Notes: generated by a model from the sequence alone, not told the origin. A DNA stretch of 64,000 nt from Patescibacteria group bacterium (GCA_041653675.1 JBAZEY010000001.1:64098-128097); one strand, 5' to 3'. Numbered from the stretch's first letter, positions 19,169 through 29,299 are shown. A program made the numbers and translations.

Positions 19169-19927
19169 ATGTTGGAAAAAGAATTACAAAAATTAGGCTT
19201 ATCAGACAAAGAAGCCAAGGTTTATTTATCTTCAATGGAACTCGGGCCATCTCCGGTGCAAAGCATCGCGAGCAAGGCTGGCGTTAATCGCGCCACAACT
19301 TATGTGATGATTGAATCCCTGATTGAACGGGGACTGATGAGTTCTTTTGAAAAAGGTAAGAAGAAATTTTTCACAGCTGAATCGCCTTTGCGTCTTTTGG
19401 CTCTACTCCGAAAAGAAGAAGCGGAAATTAAAGATAAAATGAGAAATTTAGAAGAAATAATTCCGCACATGAACACACTTTTGGCTAACACGGAAGAGAG
19501 ACCGAGAGTTCGTTTTTACGAGGGAAAAGAAGGACTTCGGGCGGTACAGGAGGATTTTTTACGGACACATGATAAAAAAATAGAAACAATTTATTCGGCT
19601 GATTATATTCGCCAAGTTTTTACCGATGATGAAAGAAAAGAATATGTGGAAAAAAGAATGGAAAAGGGGATCAAGGTTAGATCAATTTACACATTTGAAA
19701 AAGGTACTTTAGTGGATAAAACGGCCACGAGATGTAAAATTCCTACCTCAAAATTCCCGCTTTTTTGCGATATTATTATGTATGGCAACAATGTGGCAAT
19801 AACTTCCCTAAAAGGGAGATTATTTGGCATTATTGTGGAAAGTAAAGAGTTCGCCGATACCATGAGATCCATATTTGAATTATCCTGGGAAGCTGCGGAA
19901 AAATATAAATCAGAAGAGAAAAAATAA
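19169..19927 (+). CDS. TrmB-family transcriptional regulator
   Basis: LQKLGLSDKEAKVYL wHTH, R.T.Y...ESL.ERGL, 'PRVRFYEGKEG' effector-domain motif. Confidence 0.92.
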   Translation: MLEKELQKLGLSDKEAKVYLSSMELGPSPVQSIASKAGVNRATTYVMIESLIERGLMSSFEKGKKKFFTAESPLRLLALLRKEEAEIKDKMRNLEEIIPHMNTLLANTEERPRVRFYEGKEGLRAVQEDFLRTHDKKIETIYSADYIRQVFTDDERKEYVEKRMEKGIKVRSIYTFEKGTLVDKTATRCKIPTSKFPLFCDIIMYGNNVAITSLKGRLFGIIVESKEFADTMRSIFELSWEAAEKYKSEEKK

Positions 19928-19937
19928 TTTTTTAGAT

Positions 19938-20326
19938 AAAAAAACAGCCCGATTATTTTGGCGTGCCTATGTCCACTTAATGGATTCGGCAATCGCCGCA
20001 ACTCTCGGGCTGGATCGCCTGAGAAGGGTAGTGTCCTGCTCTTCACAAGCGGGTTCAACGCTTGCGCGTTGTTGCTCAGTCTCCTGAATCTCCCATGGGG
20101 TTCTCCTTGTCGGAGAGGACTATCTAAAGCAGCAAGCCAAGGCCAAAAGCCTCAAAGCTAAGCCGCAAAAGGCGAATGGGTCTCGAACGACCTCTATTTA
20201 CGCCCTCCTTTCTAGCGGCATGAAGCTTATCAGCTAGTCTGGTGTGGGTAGGTTGGATTGGTTGGCCGAAAGCCGCTACTTCAGAAATCCTCAAGAATTG
20301 GGACGAGGGCATCCCGCCCCATTGCT
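19938..20326 (-). ncRNA. Putative structured non-coding RNA B (~390 nt), unassigned
   Basis: Minus-strand TTGACA (20361-20356)-17 nt-TAAATT with extended TG; GC-rich hairpins; closing stem cagcccga/tcgggctg followed by U7. Confidence 0.55.
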
Positions 20327-20392
20327 GATTCTAATTTAACACGGTATTAAAGATTTGTCAAGTTCAATTGACAAAACATAAGAAGTTAGCCA

Positions 20393-21373
20393 ATGTTTTC
20401 TAATATTATCGGCCATAAAAATATCACAAGTTTCCTGACAAAAAGCTTGAAAAATAGGGAAGTTTCCCACGCTTATTTGTTTTATGGTCCGGCGCGTTTG
20501 GGCAAAAAAACCGTGGCTAGCCGCTTTGCTGAGGCTGTACTCGGTCAGCCGATTTTAAATCATCCGGATGTTTATGAGGTCCGCCGCGAGCGAAAGGAAA
20601 AAGAAGAAAAATTAGCTAAAAATATTAGTATTGAGCAAGTACGCGAATTGGAGCGAAAATTATCTTTGAGCTCCTTTTTAAATTCATACAAAATTGGTAT
20701 TATAGAAGAGGCGGAGACTTTAAGTCTTGAGGCGGCTAATAGTTTGTTGAAGACTCTAGAGGAGCCGACGGCTAAGACCATAATCATTCTTATTTCTACG
20801 AGTATTTCGGCGCTGCCGGCGACGATTGTTTCTCGTTGCCAGACTTTAAAATTTTTGTCAGTAGCAAAAGAAAAAATTTATGACAGATTGCTAGAGCTTG
20901 GGGCAAGCCGCGATGAAGCGAGGGATTTGGCGGGAATTTCTTGGGGTAAGCCCGGCCTCGCGCTTGATTTTTGGGAAAATCGGAAAAATGAGGGGCAGGA
21001 GTCGGCGGTCGCGGAATATGAAGAACAAGCGCAAAATATTTTGGATTTAATGAAAGCAGAAACGCTGCGCGACAAAATGAAAATTTTTGATGAGGTTTTA
21101 GGAAAAGATCCGGGCACGGAAGATTTGTTTGGTTCCCTAAACCAGATTTTATCTCTTTGGACTTCGGTTTTACGCGACGCGGTAATGCTTCGCGAGGGAT
21201 GTCCGGAACTTGTGGCGAATATGAGATTTTCCGAAGAGATAAAAAAAGTTTCCAGCCGTTTTGGCACAGAAAAATTTCCCGAGCTCTACCGAGAGATTCG
21301 GCTTGCTAGAAAATATTTTGGAGAAAATTTAAATCCGCGTTTGGTTTTAGAAAATTTAATGCTTTCTTTTTAA
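20393..21373 (+). CDS. holB: DNA polymerase III subunit delta'
   Basis: IIGH, HAYLFYGP..LGK, HPD, AANSLLKTLEEP, TIVSRCQ. Confidence 0.88.
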   Translation: MFSNIIGHKNITSFLTKSLKNREVSHAYLFYGPARLGKKTVASRFAEAVLGQPILNHPDVYEVRRERKEKEEKLAKNISIEQVRELERKLSLSSFLNSYKIGIIEEAETLSLEAANSLLKTLEEPTAKTIIILISTSISALPATIVSRCQTLKFLSVAKEKIYDRLLELGASRDEARDLAGISWGKPGLALDFWENRKNEGQESAVAEYEEQAQNILDLMKAETLRDKMKIFDEVLGKDPGTEDLFGSLNQILSLWTSVLRDAVMLREGCPELVANMRFSEEIKKVSSRFGTEKFPELYREIRLARKYFGENLNPRLVLENLMLSF

Positions 21374-21388
21374 ATAATTTTTTAAATT

Positions 21389-22444
21389 ATGAAAAAAATC
21401 TATTTTGTTTTTTTTCTTTTAGCCGGACTAGTTTTGACGGGCGCGGGGTGCATTAGTTTTTCTGGCGGCGGAACAAGCGGAACAGACGGGGGAATTTTTA
21501 AATCAGCTGACAAGGCGGAAAATTGGGGGCAAAAAGTTGCCGTGGCGGCGGTGCAGCCAGGAAGCTTGGCGAACGTTAATGTTGTATCTTTGGTTTTTGA
21601 TCCCGCGGATTCAAAAACAATGTATCTAGCTACGGCCGAGAATGGCCTTTTTTATACGACCGACGGCGCGGAATCATGGTTTACTGCCGGATCGCTTGCT
21701 GGCGGAAGAATTAATGCCGTGGCACCGGACGCGAAAGATAAATGCAATGTTTACGCCGCCGCGGGAAATAAAATTTTTAAAACTTCGGACTGCACGAGAA
21801 GCTGGCAGAATATTTATGTTGATACGCGCGCCGACCAAGCCGTGACGGCGCTCGCGGCCGATTCTTACACGCCGAGCATTATCTATGCCGGGCTTTCTGG
21901 CGGAGATTTTTTGAAATCCACCGATTCTGGGGCGAGCTGGACGGTGACGAAGCGTTTTGAAAATCAAGTCATGAAAATTTTAGTTAATTTTTACGACACA
22001 AGAATAATTTACGTTGGAACTCAAGGGCGGGGAGTTTGGAAAACAACAGACGGCGGAGCGAATTGGACAGACTTGAGCGAAAAATTAAATCAGTTCGACG
22101 GGGCGCGTGACTACAAAAATTTAATCTTGGATTTTTCTAAGCGCGATTCTTTGATTTTGGCATCTCGCTATGGATTACTCCGTTCGTCAGATGGCGGCTC
22201 GTCTTGGCAAGCGATAAATCTTTTAACCCCGCCGGGCAGCGTGGATATTTATTCGCTCGCAGCTAATCCGCAAAATGGAAATGAAATTTATTACGGGACG
22301 ACTTCCACACTTTATAAAACGAGTGATGGCGGATCAAAATGGGTGACAAAAAAATTACCGACAACCCGCGCCGCGACGTATTTATTAGTTGATCCAGGAA
22401 ACGGCAGTATTGTTTATCTTGGCACGACAAGATTTCAAAAATAA
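21389..22444 (+). CDS. Lipoprotein with BNR/Asp-box (YCF48-like) beta-propeller
   Basis: LTGAGC lipobox; repeated S/TxDxGxxW Asp-boxes. Confidence 0.85.
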   Translation: MKKIYFVFFLLAGLVLTGAGCISFSGGGTSGTDGGIFKSADKAENWGQKVAVAAVQPGSLANVNVVSLVFDPADSKTMYLATAENGLFYTTDGAESWFTAGSLAGGRINAVAPDAKDKCNVYAAAGNKIFKTSDCTRSWQNIYVDTRADQAVTALAADSYTPSIIYAGLSGGDFLKSTDSGASWTVTKRFENQVMKILVNFYDTRIIYVGTQGRGVWKTTDGGANWTDLSEKLNQFDGARDYKNLILDFSKRDSLILASRYGLLRSSDGGSSWQAINLLTPPGSVDIYSLAANPQNGNEIYYGTTSTLYKTSDGGSKWVTKKLPTTRAATYLLVDPGNGSIVYLGTTRFQK

Positions 22445-22465
22445 TTTATAAATAAAAATAATTTT

Positions 22466-22750
22466 ATGACAGGAGAATTTAGGGGTGAGGGGGAGTTATC
22501 AGGAGAAGCTTTAGAGGAACAAAAACATCAAGAATTTTTAGCCGCAGAAGAGGAAGTGGGCAAAATAATGGAGGAAATTAATAGAATATTTGCGACGATG
22601 CCAGACAGAAGAGAGGCGGAAAAAGTTGTATTAGAAAATTGGGGAGATAAAATGGATAAAGCTATGAAGGTGTCAGGAGAAGCCCTTAGAGAGTGGTTGA
22701 GAGCCATGGAAGAATCTCAGGCAAAATATAAAAGAGAAATGGGGAAATAA
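22466..22750 (+). CDS. Hypothetical acidic helical protein
   Basis: Uninterrupted ORF filling the gap between neighbours. Confidence 0.6.
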   Translation: MTGEFRGEGELSGEALEEQKHQEFLAAEEEVGKIMEEINRIFATMPDRREAEKVVLENWGDKMDKAMKVSGEALREWLRAMEESQAKYKREMGK

Positions 22751-22765
22751 TTATATTGAAAAAAT

Positions 22766-23320
22766 ATGAATAATTTTTTAGAAGCACATAAAGAAGATTT
22801 TGCAAAAACCGTGGAGCATTTGAAAGGAGAGTTGTCGGCGCTCCGGACCGGGCGGGCGAACGCGTCGCTTGTGGAAAATATTTTAGTTGAAGCGTACGGC
22901 ATCAAAACTCCGATTCGCGGTTTGGCAAATATTACTGTTCCCGATCCGAGAACTTTGGCGATTGAGCCATGGGACAAAAGTGTTATAAAAGATATGGAAA
23001 AAGCGATTCAGATGGCGAATATTGGGATTAATCCGGTGAATGAGGGAACGAAAATCCGCCTCTCCATGCCGCAGATGACCGAGGAAAATCGGAAAGAAAT
23101 GATTAAAATTCTTGGCCAAAAATTAGAGCTGGCGAGGATAAGTTTACGAAACGTCCGCGAGGCGGTAAAAGATGAAATTAATAAAGCGGAAAAAGACAAA
23201 AAAATTGGTGAAGATGAAAAATTTAGATTTCAAGAAGAGTTGGAAGAATTTGTTAAAGAAAAAAATGAGGAAGTAAAAACAATCGGTGAGAAAAAAGAAC
23301 AGGAATTAATGACGATTTAA
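22766..23320 (+). CDS. frr: Ribosome recycling factor
   Basis: LRTGRAN, IEPWDKS, GINP.NEG, MPQMTEENRKE, RNVR. Confidence 0.96.
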   Translation: MNNFLEAHKEDFAKTVEHLKGELSALRTGRANASLVENILVEAYGIKTPIRGLANITVPDPRTLAIEPWDKSVIKDMEKAIQMANIGINPVNEGTKIRLSMPQMTEENRKEMIKILGQKLELARISLRNVREAVKDEINKAEKDKKIGEDEKFRFQEELEEFVKEKNEEVKTIGEKKEQELMTI

Positions 23321-23325
23321 TTTTT

Positions 23326-24684
23326 ATGGCAAAAAAAGAAAATCAGAATGAATTAATGGATAAAATCGTTTCGCTTTGCAAGCGGCGCGGTTTTATTTTT
23401 CCTGGTTCGGAAATTTATGGCGGCATGGCGAATTCCTGGGATTACGGGCCGCTTGGCGTAGAACTAAAAAATAATGTTAAACAGGCGTGGTGGAAAAAAT
23501 TTGTTCATTCCCGAACGGACATGGTTGGAATTGACGCGGCGCTGATTATGAATCCGAAAGTTTGGGAAGCGTCTGGGCATTTGAAAAATTTTACCGATCC
23601 GCTTGTGGAATGTAAAAAATGCCATGAAAGATTTCGAGCGGATAAAATTTCAGGTGACAAATGTCCGGCTTGCGGTGGGGAATTGACTACAGCAAAACAA
23701 TTTAATTTGATGTTTAAAACTTTTATCGGTCCGGCTGAAGAGTCGGCGAACGTCGCGTATTTCCGTCCTGAGACGGCGCAGGCAATGTTTGTGGATTTTA
23801 AACAAGTCACGGAAACTTCAAGAAAAAGAATTCCTTTTGGCATTGCCCAGATTGGCAAGGCATTCCGAAATGAAATCACTCCGGGAAATTTTATTTTCCG
23901 CACGCGCGAATTTGAACAGATGGAAATTGAATATTTTATCCGCCCGCCTAGACTCGGCGAGGCTGGCGAAAAAGATTGGGAAAAAACTTTTGAATATTGG
24001 CACGAGGAAATGTATGAATGGATGAGGATGCTGGGCTTAGAGAAAAAACATTTGCATGATTTGGAAGTTCCGGAAAAAGAACGGGCGCATTATTCCAAAC
24101 GGACGATTGATATCGAATATGATTTTCCTTTTGGCACGGATGAACTCTACGGCCTGGCTTACCGCACGGATTTTGATTTAGGAAATCATTCAAAGGCCAG
24201 CGGCCAGAGTTTAGAATATTTGGATCCGGAAACGCAGGAAAAATTTATTCCGCACGTGATTGAGCCGACGTTTGGCGTTGACCGGTCAGTGCTCGCGGTT
24301 TTATGTGAATCGTATAATGAAGAAGAAGCGCCGACTTCGGAAGAAGGGAAAACAGAACCGCGAGTGGTTTTGAAGTTTCCGAAATGGCTCGCGCCGATTA
24401 AAGTCGCGATTTTGCCATTATCTAAAAAAGAAGAGTTGGCAAAAGTGGCGCGGCCGCTTTATGAAGATTTGGTCAAAAATTTTGTTTGTGAATACGACGA
24501 AACGCAATCAATCGGCAAGCGCTACCGCCGCCAGGATGAAATTGGCACGCCATATTGTGTGACAGTTGATTTTGAAACTTTGGAAGACAAAGCCGTGACG
24601 GTTCGCGACCGCGACACGATGAAACAAGAGAGAATCAAAATTGAAGAATTAAAAAATTATTTAAAAAATAAGTTGGAGGAGTAA
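23326..24684 (+). CDS. glyQS: Glycine--tRNA ligase (alpha2 type)
   Basis: GSEIYGG, WDYGPLG, RPETAQ, FRNEITP, REFEQME, IGKRYRRQDEIGTP. Confidence 0.96.
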   Translation: MAKKENQNELMDKIVSLCKRRGFIFPGSEIYGGMANSWDYGPLGVELKNNVKQAWWKKFVHSRTDMVGIDAALIMNPKVWEASGHLKNFTDPLVECKKCHERFRADKISGDKCPACGGELTTAKQFNLMFKTFIGPAEESANVAYFRPETAQAMFVDFKQVTETSRKRIPFGIAQIGKAFRNEITPGNFIFRTREFEQMEIEYFIRPPRLGEAGEKDWEKTFEYWHEEMYEWMRMLGLEKKHLHDLEVPEKERAHYSKRTIDIEYDFPFGTDELYGLAYRTDFDLGNHSKASGQSLEYLDPETQEKFIPHVIEPTFGVDRSVLAVLCESYNEEEAPTSEEGKTEPRVVLKFPKWLAPIKVAILPLSKKEELAKVARPLYEDLVKNFVCEYDETQSIGKRYRRQDEIGTPYCVTVDFETLEDKAVTVRDRDTMKQERIKIEELKNYLKNKLEE

Positions 24685-24688
24685 AATT

Positions 24689-24967
24689 ATGGTTTTTAGA
24701 AACAGTCCATCATCAGAACAACACGAGGAACAAGAAAGAATAAAGTGGGCCGAAGAGACAATGAAACGAGAAATTGAACAAATCGCGGCTCAGTTAAACG
24801 ACATTTTAGGAAAGGAAAATTATGTTATAGATCGAGAGGGGAAGATAACACCTACTCGACAAGGTGATTTAAAATTGGAGCCAAAAGAATCAGAGTTGGT
24901 GGAGCAATTGGAAAAGCGCTTGCGGCAAGTTTATGGCGACTTGAAGAAAGTTCATAAGAGTACTTAA
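24689..24967 (+). CDS. Hypothetical protein
   Basis: ORF in operon context. Confidence 0.6.
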   Translation: MVFRNSPSSEQHEEQERIKWAEETMKREIEQIAAQLNDILGKENYVIDREGKITPTRQGDLKLEPKESELVEQLEKRLRQVYGDLKKVHKST

Positions 24968-25014
24968 GATATTTGTAGATTGGGACTTCATTTGCAGATT
25001 TGAATTAATTTTTT

Positions 25015-26283
25015 ATGTTTCAAAAAAAAGTATTAAAAAGTGGATTGCGCTTGATTACCGCGCCGATTTCCGGAACTGAGGCGGCGACAATTTTAGTTTT
25101 GTGTAAAGTTGGTTCGCGTTATGAAGAATTGCCGCAAAACGGCGTTTCGCATTTTATTGAACACATGATGTTTAAGGGAACAAAACGCCGGCCAGAGACG
25201 ATTGATATTTCCAGGGATTTGGACAGCGTGGGCGCGGAATACAACGCTTTTACTTCGCGTGACCACACGGGGTATTACATAAAAATTGAACAAGATAAAA
25301 TTGAATTGGCACTGGACATGCTCTCTGACATGCTTTGGAATTCTAAATTTGATGAGAAAGAAATTAAACGCGAGTCGGGTGTGATTTCGGAGGAAATCAG
25401 AATGTATGAAGATAATCCGATGATGTTTATTGAAGATCTTCTGGAGCAGACGATGTTTGGCGACCATCCACTCGGCCGGAAAATCAGCGGCGATGTGGCG
25501 ACCGTCAAAAGTTTTAATAGAAAAATGATGTTGGAGTACCGCGATAAATTTTATCAGCCGAATAATACGGTTCTAGCTCTGGCGGGAAAATTTGATGATC
25601 GGGCGGTCGGACTTGCTGAAAAATATTTTGGCGCGGGGGGCGTGAAAGCTAAACCAATTTTTAAAAAATTTGATTTTTCCGCGGGAGAAGCGAAGCCGAA
25701 ATTAAAAGTTCAATTTAAAGAAACCGAACAGGTGCAATTGGCTTTTGGTTTTCCGGGGTTTTCCCATTCAGATTCAAAACTCTACGCCCTACAGCTCATG
25801 AGCATAATTTTGGGCGGTTATATGAGTTCGCGTCTTTTTATTTCCATCCGCGAGAAACGGGGATTATGCTATTTTATTAGATCATACGCGAATGTCTACG
25901 AAGATACGGGGAATTTAGTAATTCAGTCCGGACTCGATAAAACAAGAATTACTTCGGCAATCGGCGCGATTTTTGAAGAATTGGATAAGGTTGCTCAAAA
26001 GGGTGTGACGGAAGAAGAGTTGGAGCGGGCGAAAGAATGTGTTAAGGGCAGGTTGGTTTTGGCGCTTGAAGATTCAAGCCAGGTAGCCGATTGGTATGCC
26101 AGGCAAGATCTTTTGACCGGAGAAATTTTGACACCGGAGGAAAAATTGAAAAAAGTTTTTGCCGTGACAACGGGAGATATTAAAAAAATTGCGAAAGAAG
26201 TGATGCAGAAAAAAAACATGACTGTCGCTCTGATCGGGCCGTTTAAGGATGAAGCGCCTTTCGCGAAGTTCCTAAATTTATAA
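25015..26283 (+). CDS. M16 family zinc peptidase
   Basis: HFIEH inverted zinc motif, NAFTS, MSSRLF..IREKRGLCY. Confidence 0.93.
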   Translation: MFQKKVLKSGLRLITAPISGTEAATILVLCKVGSRYEELPQNGVSHFIEHMMFKGTKRRPETIDISRDLDSVGAEYNAFTSRDHTGYYIKIEQDKIELALDMLSDMLWNSKFDEKEIKRESGVISEEIRMYEDNPMMFIEDLLEQTMFGDHPLGRKISGDVATVKSFNRKMMLEYRDKFYQPNNTVLALAGKFDDRAVGLAEKYFGAGGVKAKPIFKKFDFSAGEAKPKLKVQFKETEQVQLAFGFPGFSHSDSKLYALQLMSIILGGYMSSRLFISIREKRGLCYFIRSYANVYEDTGNLVIQSGLDKTRITSAIGAIFEELDKVAQKGVTEEELERAKECVKGRLVLALEDSSQVADWYARQDLLTGEILTPEEKLKKVFAVTTGDIKKIAKEVMQKKNMTVALIGPFKDEAPFAKFLNL

Positions 26284-26295
26284 AAATTTTAAGAT

Positions 26296-27069
26296 ATGAA
26301 AAAAAAGATTTTTGTCGCCAATTGGAAAATGAATTTAACCGTGGCGGAAACAGAAGATCTTACGGAAAAATTGAGCCAAGGATTGCGAAGCCTTGCGAAC
26401 GAAAAAACGGAAATAATTTTATGTCCGGCTTTTCCCGCCTTGGATAATCTTTCTCTAATACTTAGGAAAGAAAATCCGGCTGATTTGAAAATTGGCGCGC
26501 AAGATGTTTTTTGGGAAGAGAAGGGCGCTTTTACCGGAGAGGTTTCAGTGAAAATGTTGAAAGAGGCAGATTGTCGTTATGTTATTGTCGGACACTCGGA
26601 GCGCCGGAAAAATTTGGGAGAGACAGATGAAATGGTAAATAAAAAAGTAAAAATTTTATTGGAGAATGACCTTACGCCGATTGTTTGCGTTGGAGAAACT
26701 TTTGAAGAAAGGCAGAAGGGGATTCGCGATGTCCGGGTTGCCGCGGAAACCACGGCGGCGGTGGAAGGAATTGAGCTTTTTGGAAATAAAAAAATTATTA
26801 TCGCGTACGAACCAGTCTGGGTAATCGGCACGGGCCAGGCGGTAGAACCGGAAGACGCGGAACATTCTCATCGGATGATTCGCGAGGCGTTATTAGAGAT
26901 TTTTCCGCCAGATGCTATTGAAAAACATTTCCAGATTATTTATGGCGGGAGCGTTGACAGCAAAAATATCAGAGATTTCGTTGATAGGGAAAATATTGAC
27001 GGAGTTTTAGTTGGAGGAGCATCGCTTAAAGTTGAAGAATTTGTTAAAATGATAAAAGAGATAGCATAA
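26296..27069 (+). CDS. tpiA: Triosephosphate isomerase
   Basis: ANWKMN, GAFTGE, GHSERR, AYEPVW.IGTG, YGGSV, LVGGASL. Confidence 0.97.
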   Translation: MKKKIFVANWKMNLTVAETEDLTEKLSQGLRSLANEKTEIILCPAFPALDNLSLILRKENPADLKIGAQDVFWEEKGAFTGEVSVKMLKEADCRYVIVGHSERRKNLGETDEMVNKKVKILLENDLTPIVCVGETFEERQKGIRDVRVAAETTAAVEGIELFGNKKIIIAYEPVWVIGTGQAVEPEDAEHSHRMIREALLEIFPPDAIEKHFQIIYGGSVDSKNIRDFVDRENIDGVLVGGASLKVEEFVKMIKEIA

Positions 27070-27074
27070 TTTTT

Positions 27075-27941
27075 ATGCCACTTGTCCACATCAAAAATTT
27101 ATTGAAAGACGCGAGCCGCGGGAAATTTGCCCTCGGCGCATTTAATACGCAAAATTTAGAAACTACTTTGGCGATAATGCGCGCGGCGGAAGTTAATCGC
27201 GCGTCGTTTGTAATTCAAGTCAGCGAGGCGACGATTGATTATGCTGGATTGGAATCAATTACGGAAATTGTGAAAACCGCGGCAAAAAAAGAAATGAGGA
27301 ATTCTCGGGCGGCATTGCACCTTGATCATGGAAAGAAATTTGAATCAATTGTAAATTGTATCAAGGCTGGATTTTCTTCAATTATGATGGACGCCTCGCA
27401 TTTGCCTTTTAAAGAAAACATCGTAGTGACGCGCCGGGCGGTACAATACGCACATAAACACGGAGTATTTGCGCAAGGAGAAATAGGGCGGCTCGCGGGA
27501 GTGGAAGATGTTGTTCGCGTTGCCGGACACGAAGCTTTTATGACCCATCCGGACGAAGCAGCGGAGTTTGTTAAAAAAACCGGCGTTGATACTCTCGCGG
27601 TTTCTATCGGAAATGTTCACGGTATTACAAAAATCAGAGAAGGCGTGCCGAAACTTGACTTGGAGCGCTTGAAAGAAATTGAAAAAAAAGTTAAAGTTCC
27701 ATTAGTGTTGCACGGTGCTTCGGGTATTCCGGAAGAAGAAATAAAAAAGGCAATAAAATTGGGAATTAGAATAATTAATATTGATACGGAAATAAGATTG
27801 GCCTTCACGGATTCCTTGAGGGCGACGCTTTCAGGCGACAAAAATATTTTTGATCCAAGAAAAGTTTTAGCCCCGGCAATCTTGGCAGTAGAAAAAGTCG
27901 TGGCGGAGAAAATGAAGATCCTCGGCAGCGCAAAGAAATAA
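27075..27941 (+). CDS. fba: Class II fructose-bisphosphate aldolase
   Basis: HLDHG, MMDAS, GNVHG, LVLHGASG, INIDTE. Confidence 0.93.
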   Translation: MPLVHIKNLLKDASRGKFALGAFNTQNLETTLAIMRAAEVNRASFVIQVSEATIDYAGLESITEIVKTAAKKEMRNSRAALHLDHGKKFESIVNCIKAGFSSIMMDASHLPFKENIVVTRRAVQYAHKHGVFAQGEIGRLAGVEDVVRVAGHEAFMTHPDEAAEFVKKTGVDTLAVSIGNVHGITKIREGVPKLDLERLKEIEKKVKVPLVLHGASGIPEEEIKKAIKLGIRIINIDTEIRLAFTDSLRATLSGDKNIFDPRKVLAPAILAVEKVVAEKMKILGSAKK

Positions 27942-27955
27942 TTTTAATTTTAAGT

Positions 27956-28741
27956 ATGTCATCTTACGATATTATTCCTTTAGGAACTATTGTTCTTTGT
28001 TTGGCTGGAATGATTTTTATTGTTGTGAGAAAATTTCCCGTTTTGGCGTCCATTAATATTGAAACCATAAAGAGCGAACAGGAAGCGGTTAAAAAAGAAA
28101 AAATTGTAGCCGAAAGGCTCAGCCGGAAAATTTCTTCCGCGGGAAAATTTTTATACGTCCTGCTTTCTCCGATTGGCCGGGCAGTAAAAGGATTATTTTC
28201 TAAAATTCACGCGAAAGTTTTGGATTGGGAGAAAAAATACGGTAATAAGAAAAAAGAAAAACAGATCTCTCTTCCTGATGCCGGCAGCCAGATGAAAACA
28301 CTTTTTTTTGAGGCAGAGGAATGTTTGAAAACGGGAAAACTGGAAGAAGCGGAACAAAAATGTATTGGCATTATCGCGCTTGACCATAAAAACATTGAGG
28401 CGTACAAAAAATTGGGCGCGGTTTATTTAGAACAGAAAAATTATGAGAATGCCTTTGAAACTTTTAAGCATATTCTTAAATTAAATCCTGATGATGCGGA
28501 AACAATTCTTGATCTTGGAGCGCTTCACCGAGAGCGGGGGGAAAATGACGCGGCACTCGCGAATTTTAAGAGAGCGGTTGAGCTTGAGCCGGGGAGCCCC
28601 AAAAACCTTGATTTTTTAATTGATATCAGTATAATAGTAAAGAACAAAGATTTGGCGGAAGAGACGCTTAAAAAGTTGAGAGAGGTAAATCCGGAAAATC
28701 AGAAATTGGCGGAATTCGCGGAGCGGATTAAGGCAATTTAA
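27956..28741 (+). CDS. Membrane-anchored TPR protein
   Basis: N-terminal TM; tandem TPR repeats (EAYKKLG...FKHILKLNP). Confidence 0.85.
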   Translation: MSSYDIIPLGTIVLCLAGMIFIVVRKFPVLASINIETIKSEQEAVKKEKIVAERLSRKISSAGKFLYVLLSPIGRAVKGLFSKIHAKVLDWEKKYGNKKKEKQISLPDAGSQMKTLFFEAEECLKTGKLEEAEQKCIGIIALDHKNIEAYKKLGAVYLEQKNYENAFETFKHILKLNPDDAETILDLGALHRERGENDAALANFKRAVELEPGSPKNLDFLIDISIIVKNKDLAEETLKKLREVNPENQKLAEFAERIKAI

Positions 28742-28797
28742 AAAGGGTGTAAAAATTGAAGATCGCCCGAAATATTTTTTGTTTTTGGCTAGGTTAT

Positions 28798-28873
28798 GCC
28801 GTTGTAGCTCAGTTGGTAGAGCATCTCCATGGTAAGGAGAAGGTCGCCAGTTCAATTCTGGCCAACGGCTCCA
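28798..28873 (+). tRNA. tRNA-Thr(GGT)
   Basis: Cloverleaf; anticodon arm tctcc-atGGTaa-ggaga; encoded CCA. Confidence 0.95.
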
Positions 28874-28924
28874 TTCCTTTTCACAATCGGGGCCCCCAAA
28901 CGAAGTTTGGGGAAAAACATTAGG

Positions 28925-29007
28925 GGGCAGGTACCGAAGTAGTCAAACGGGGCAGACTGTAAATCTGCTGGCTCACGCCTTCCAAGGTGCAAATCCTTGC
29001 CTGCCCA
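28925..29007 (+). tRNA. tRNA-Tyr(GTA)
   Basis: gggcagg/cctgccc acceptor; gcaga-ctGTAaa-tctgc; long variable arm. Confidence 0.93.
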
Positions 29008-29030
29008 TTGAGTTTAAATTATCCCCGTTT

Positions 29031-29103
29031 GCCGATGTAGCTCAGCTGGTAGAGCAACGGTTTTGTAAACCGTAGGTCGCCGGTTCGAACCCGGCCATCG
29101 GCT
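29031..29103 (+). tRNA. tRNA-Thr(TGT)
   Basis: gccgatg/catcggc acceptor; acggt-ttTGTaa-accgt; GTTCGAAC T-loop. Confidence 0.95.
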
Positions 29104-29143
29104 TTGAAGTAAAAATCTAAAATCATAAATCTAAAATAAATTT

Positions 29144-29299
29144 ATGTCACAGGAAAATTTAATCAAAATGGAGTGTACAGTCTGCAAGCGCGTCAATTAT
29201 TTTTCTCATAAAAATAAAAAGACCTTGAAGAACAGATTGGAACTCAAAAAATACTGCAAGTGGTGTAAAAAACACGTTGCGCACAAAGAAACGAAATAA
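29144..29299 (+). CDS. rpmG: 50S ribosomal protein L33 (zinc-binding form)
   Basis: Hand-translated [19 protein letters not shown]...[21 protein letters not shown]. Confidence 0.95.
   Translation: MSQENLIKMECTVCKRVNYFSHKNKKTLKNRLELKKYCKWCKKHVAHKETK

Noticed and set aside
18649-20326. tmRNA or RNase P RNA identity for the ~380-390-nt units
   Set aside because: Size fits, but no tRNA-Ala-like ends or GAGGAAAGUCC P4 motif found by eye; a covariance search is needed to exclude divergent forms
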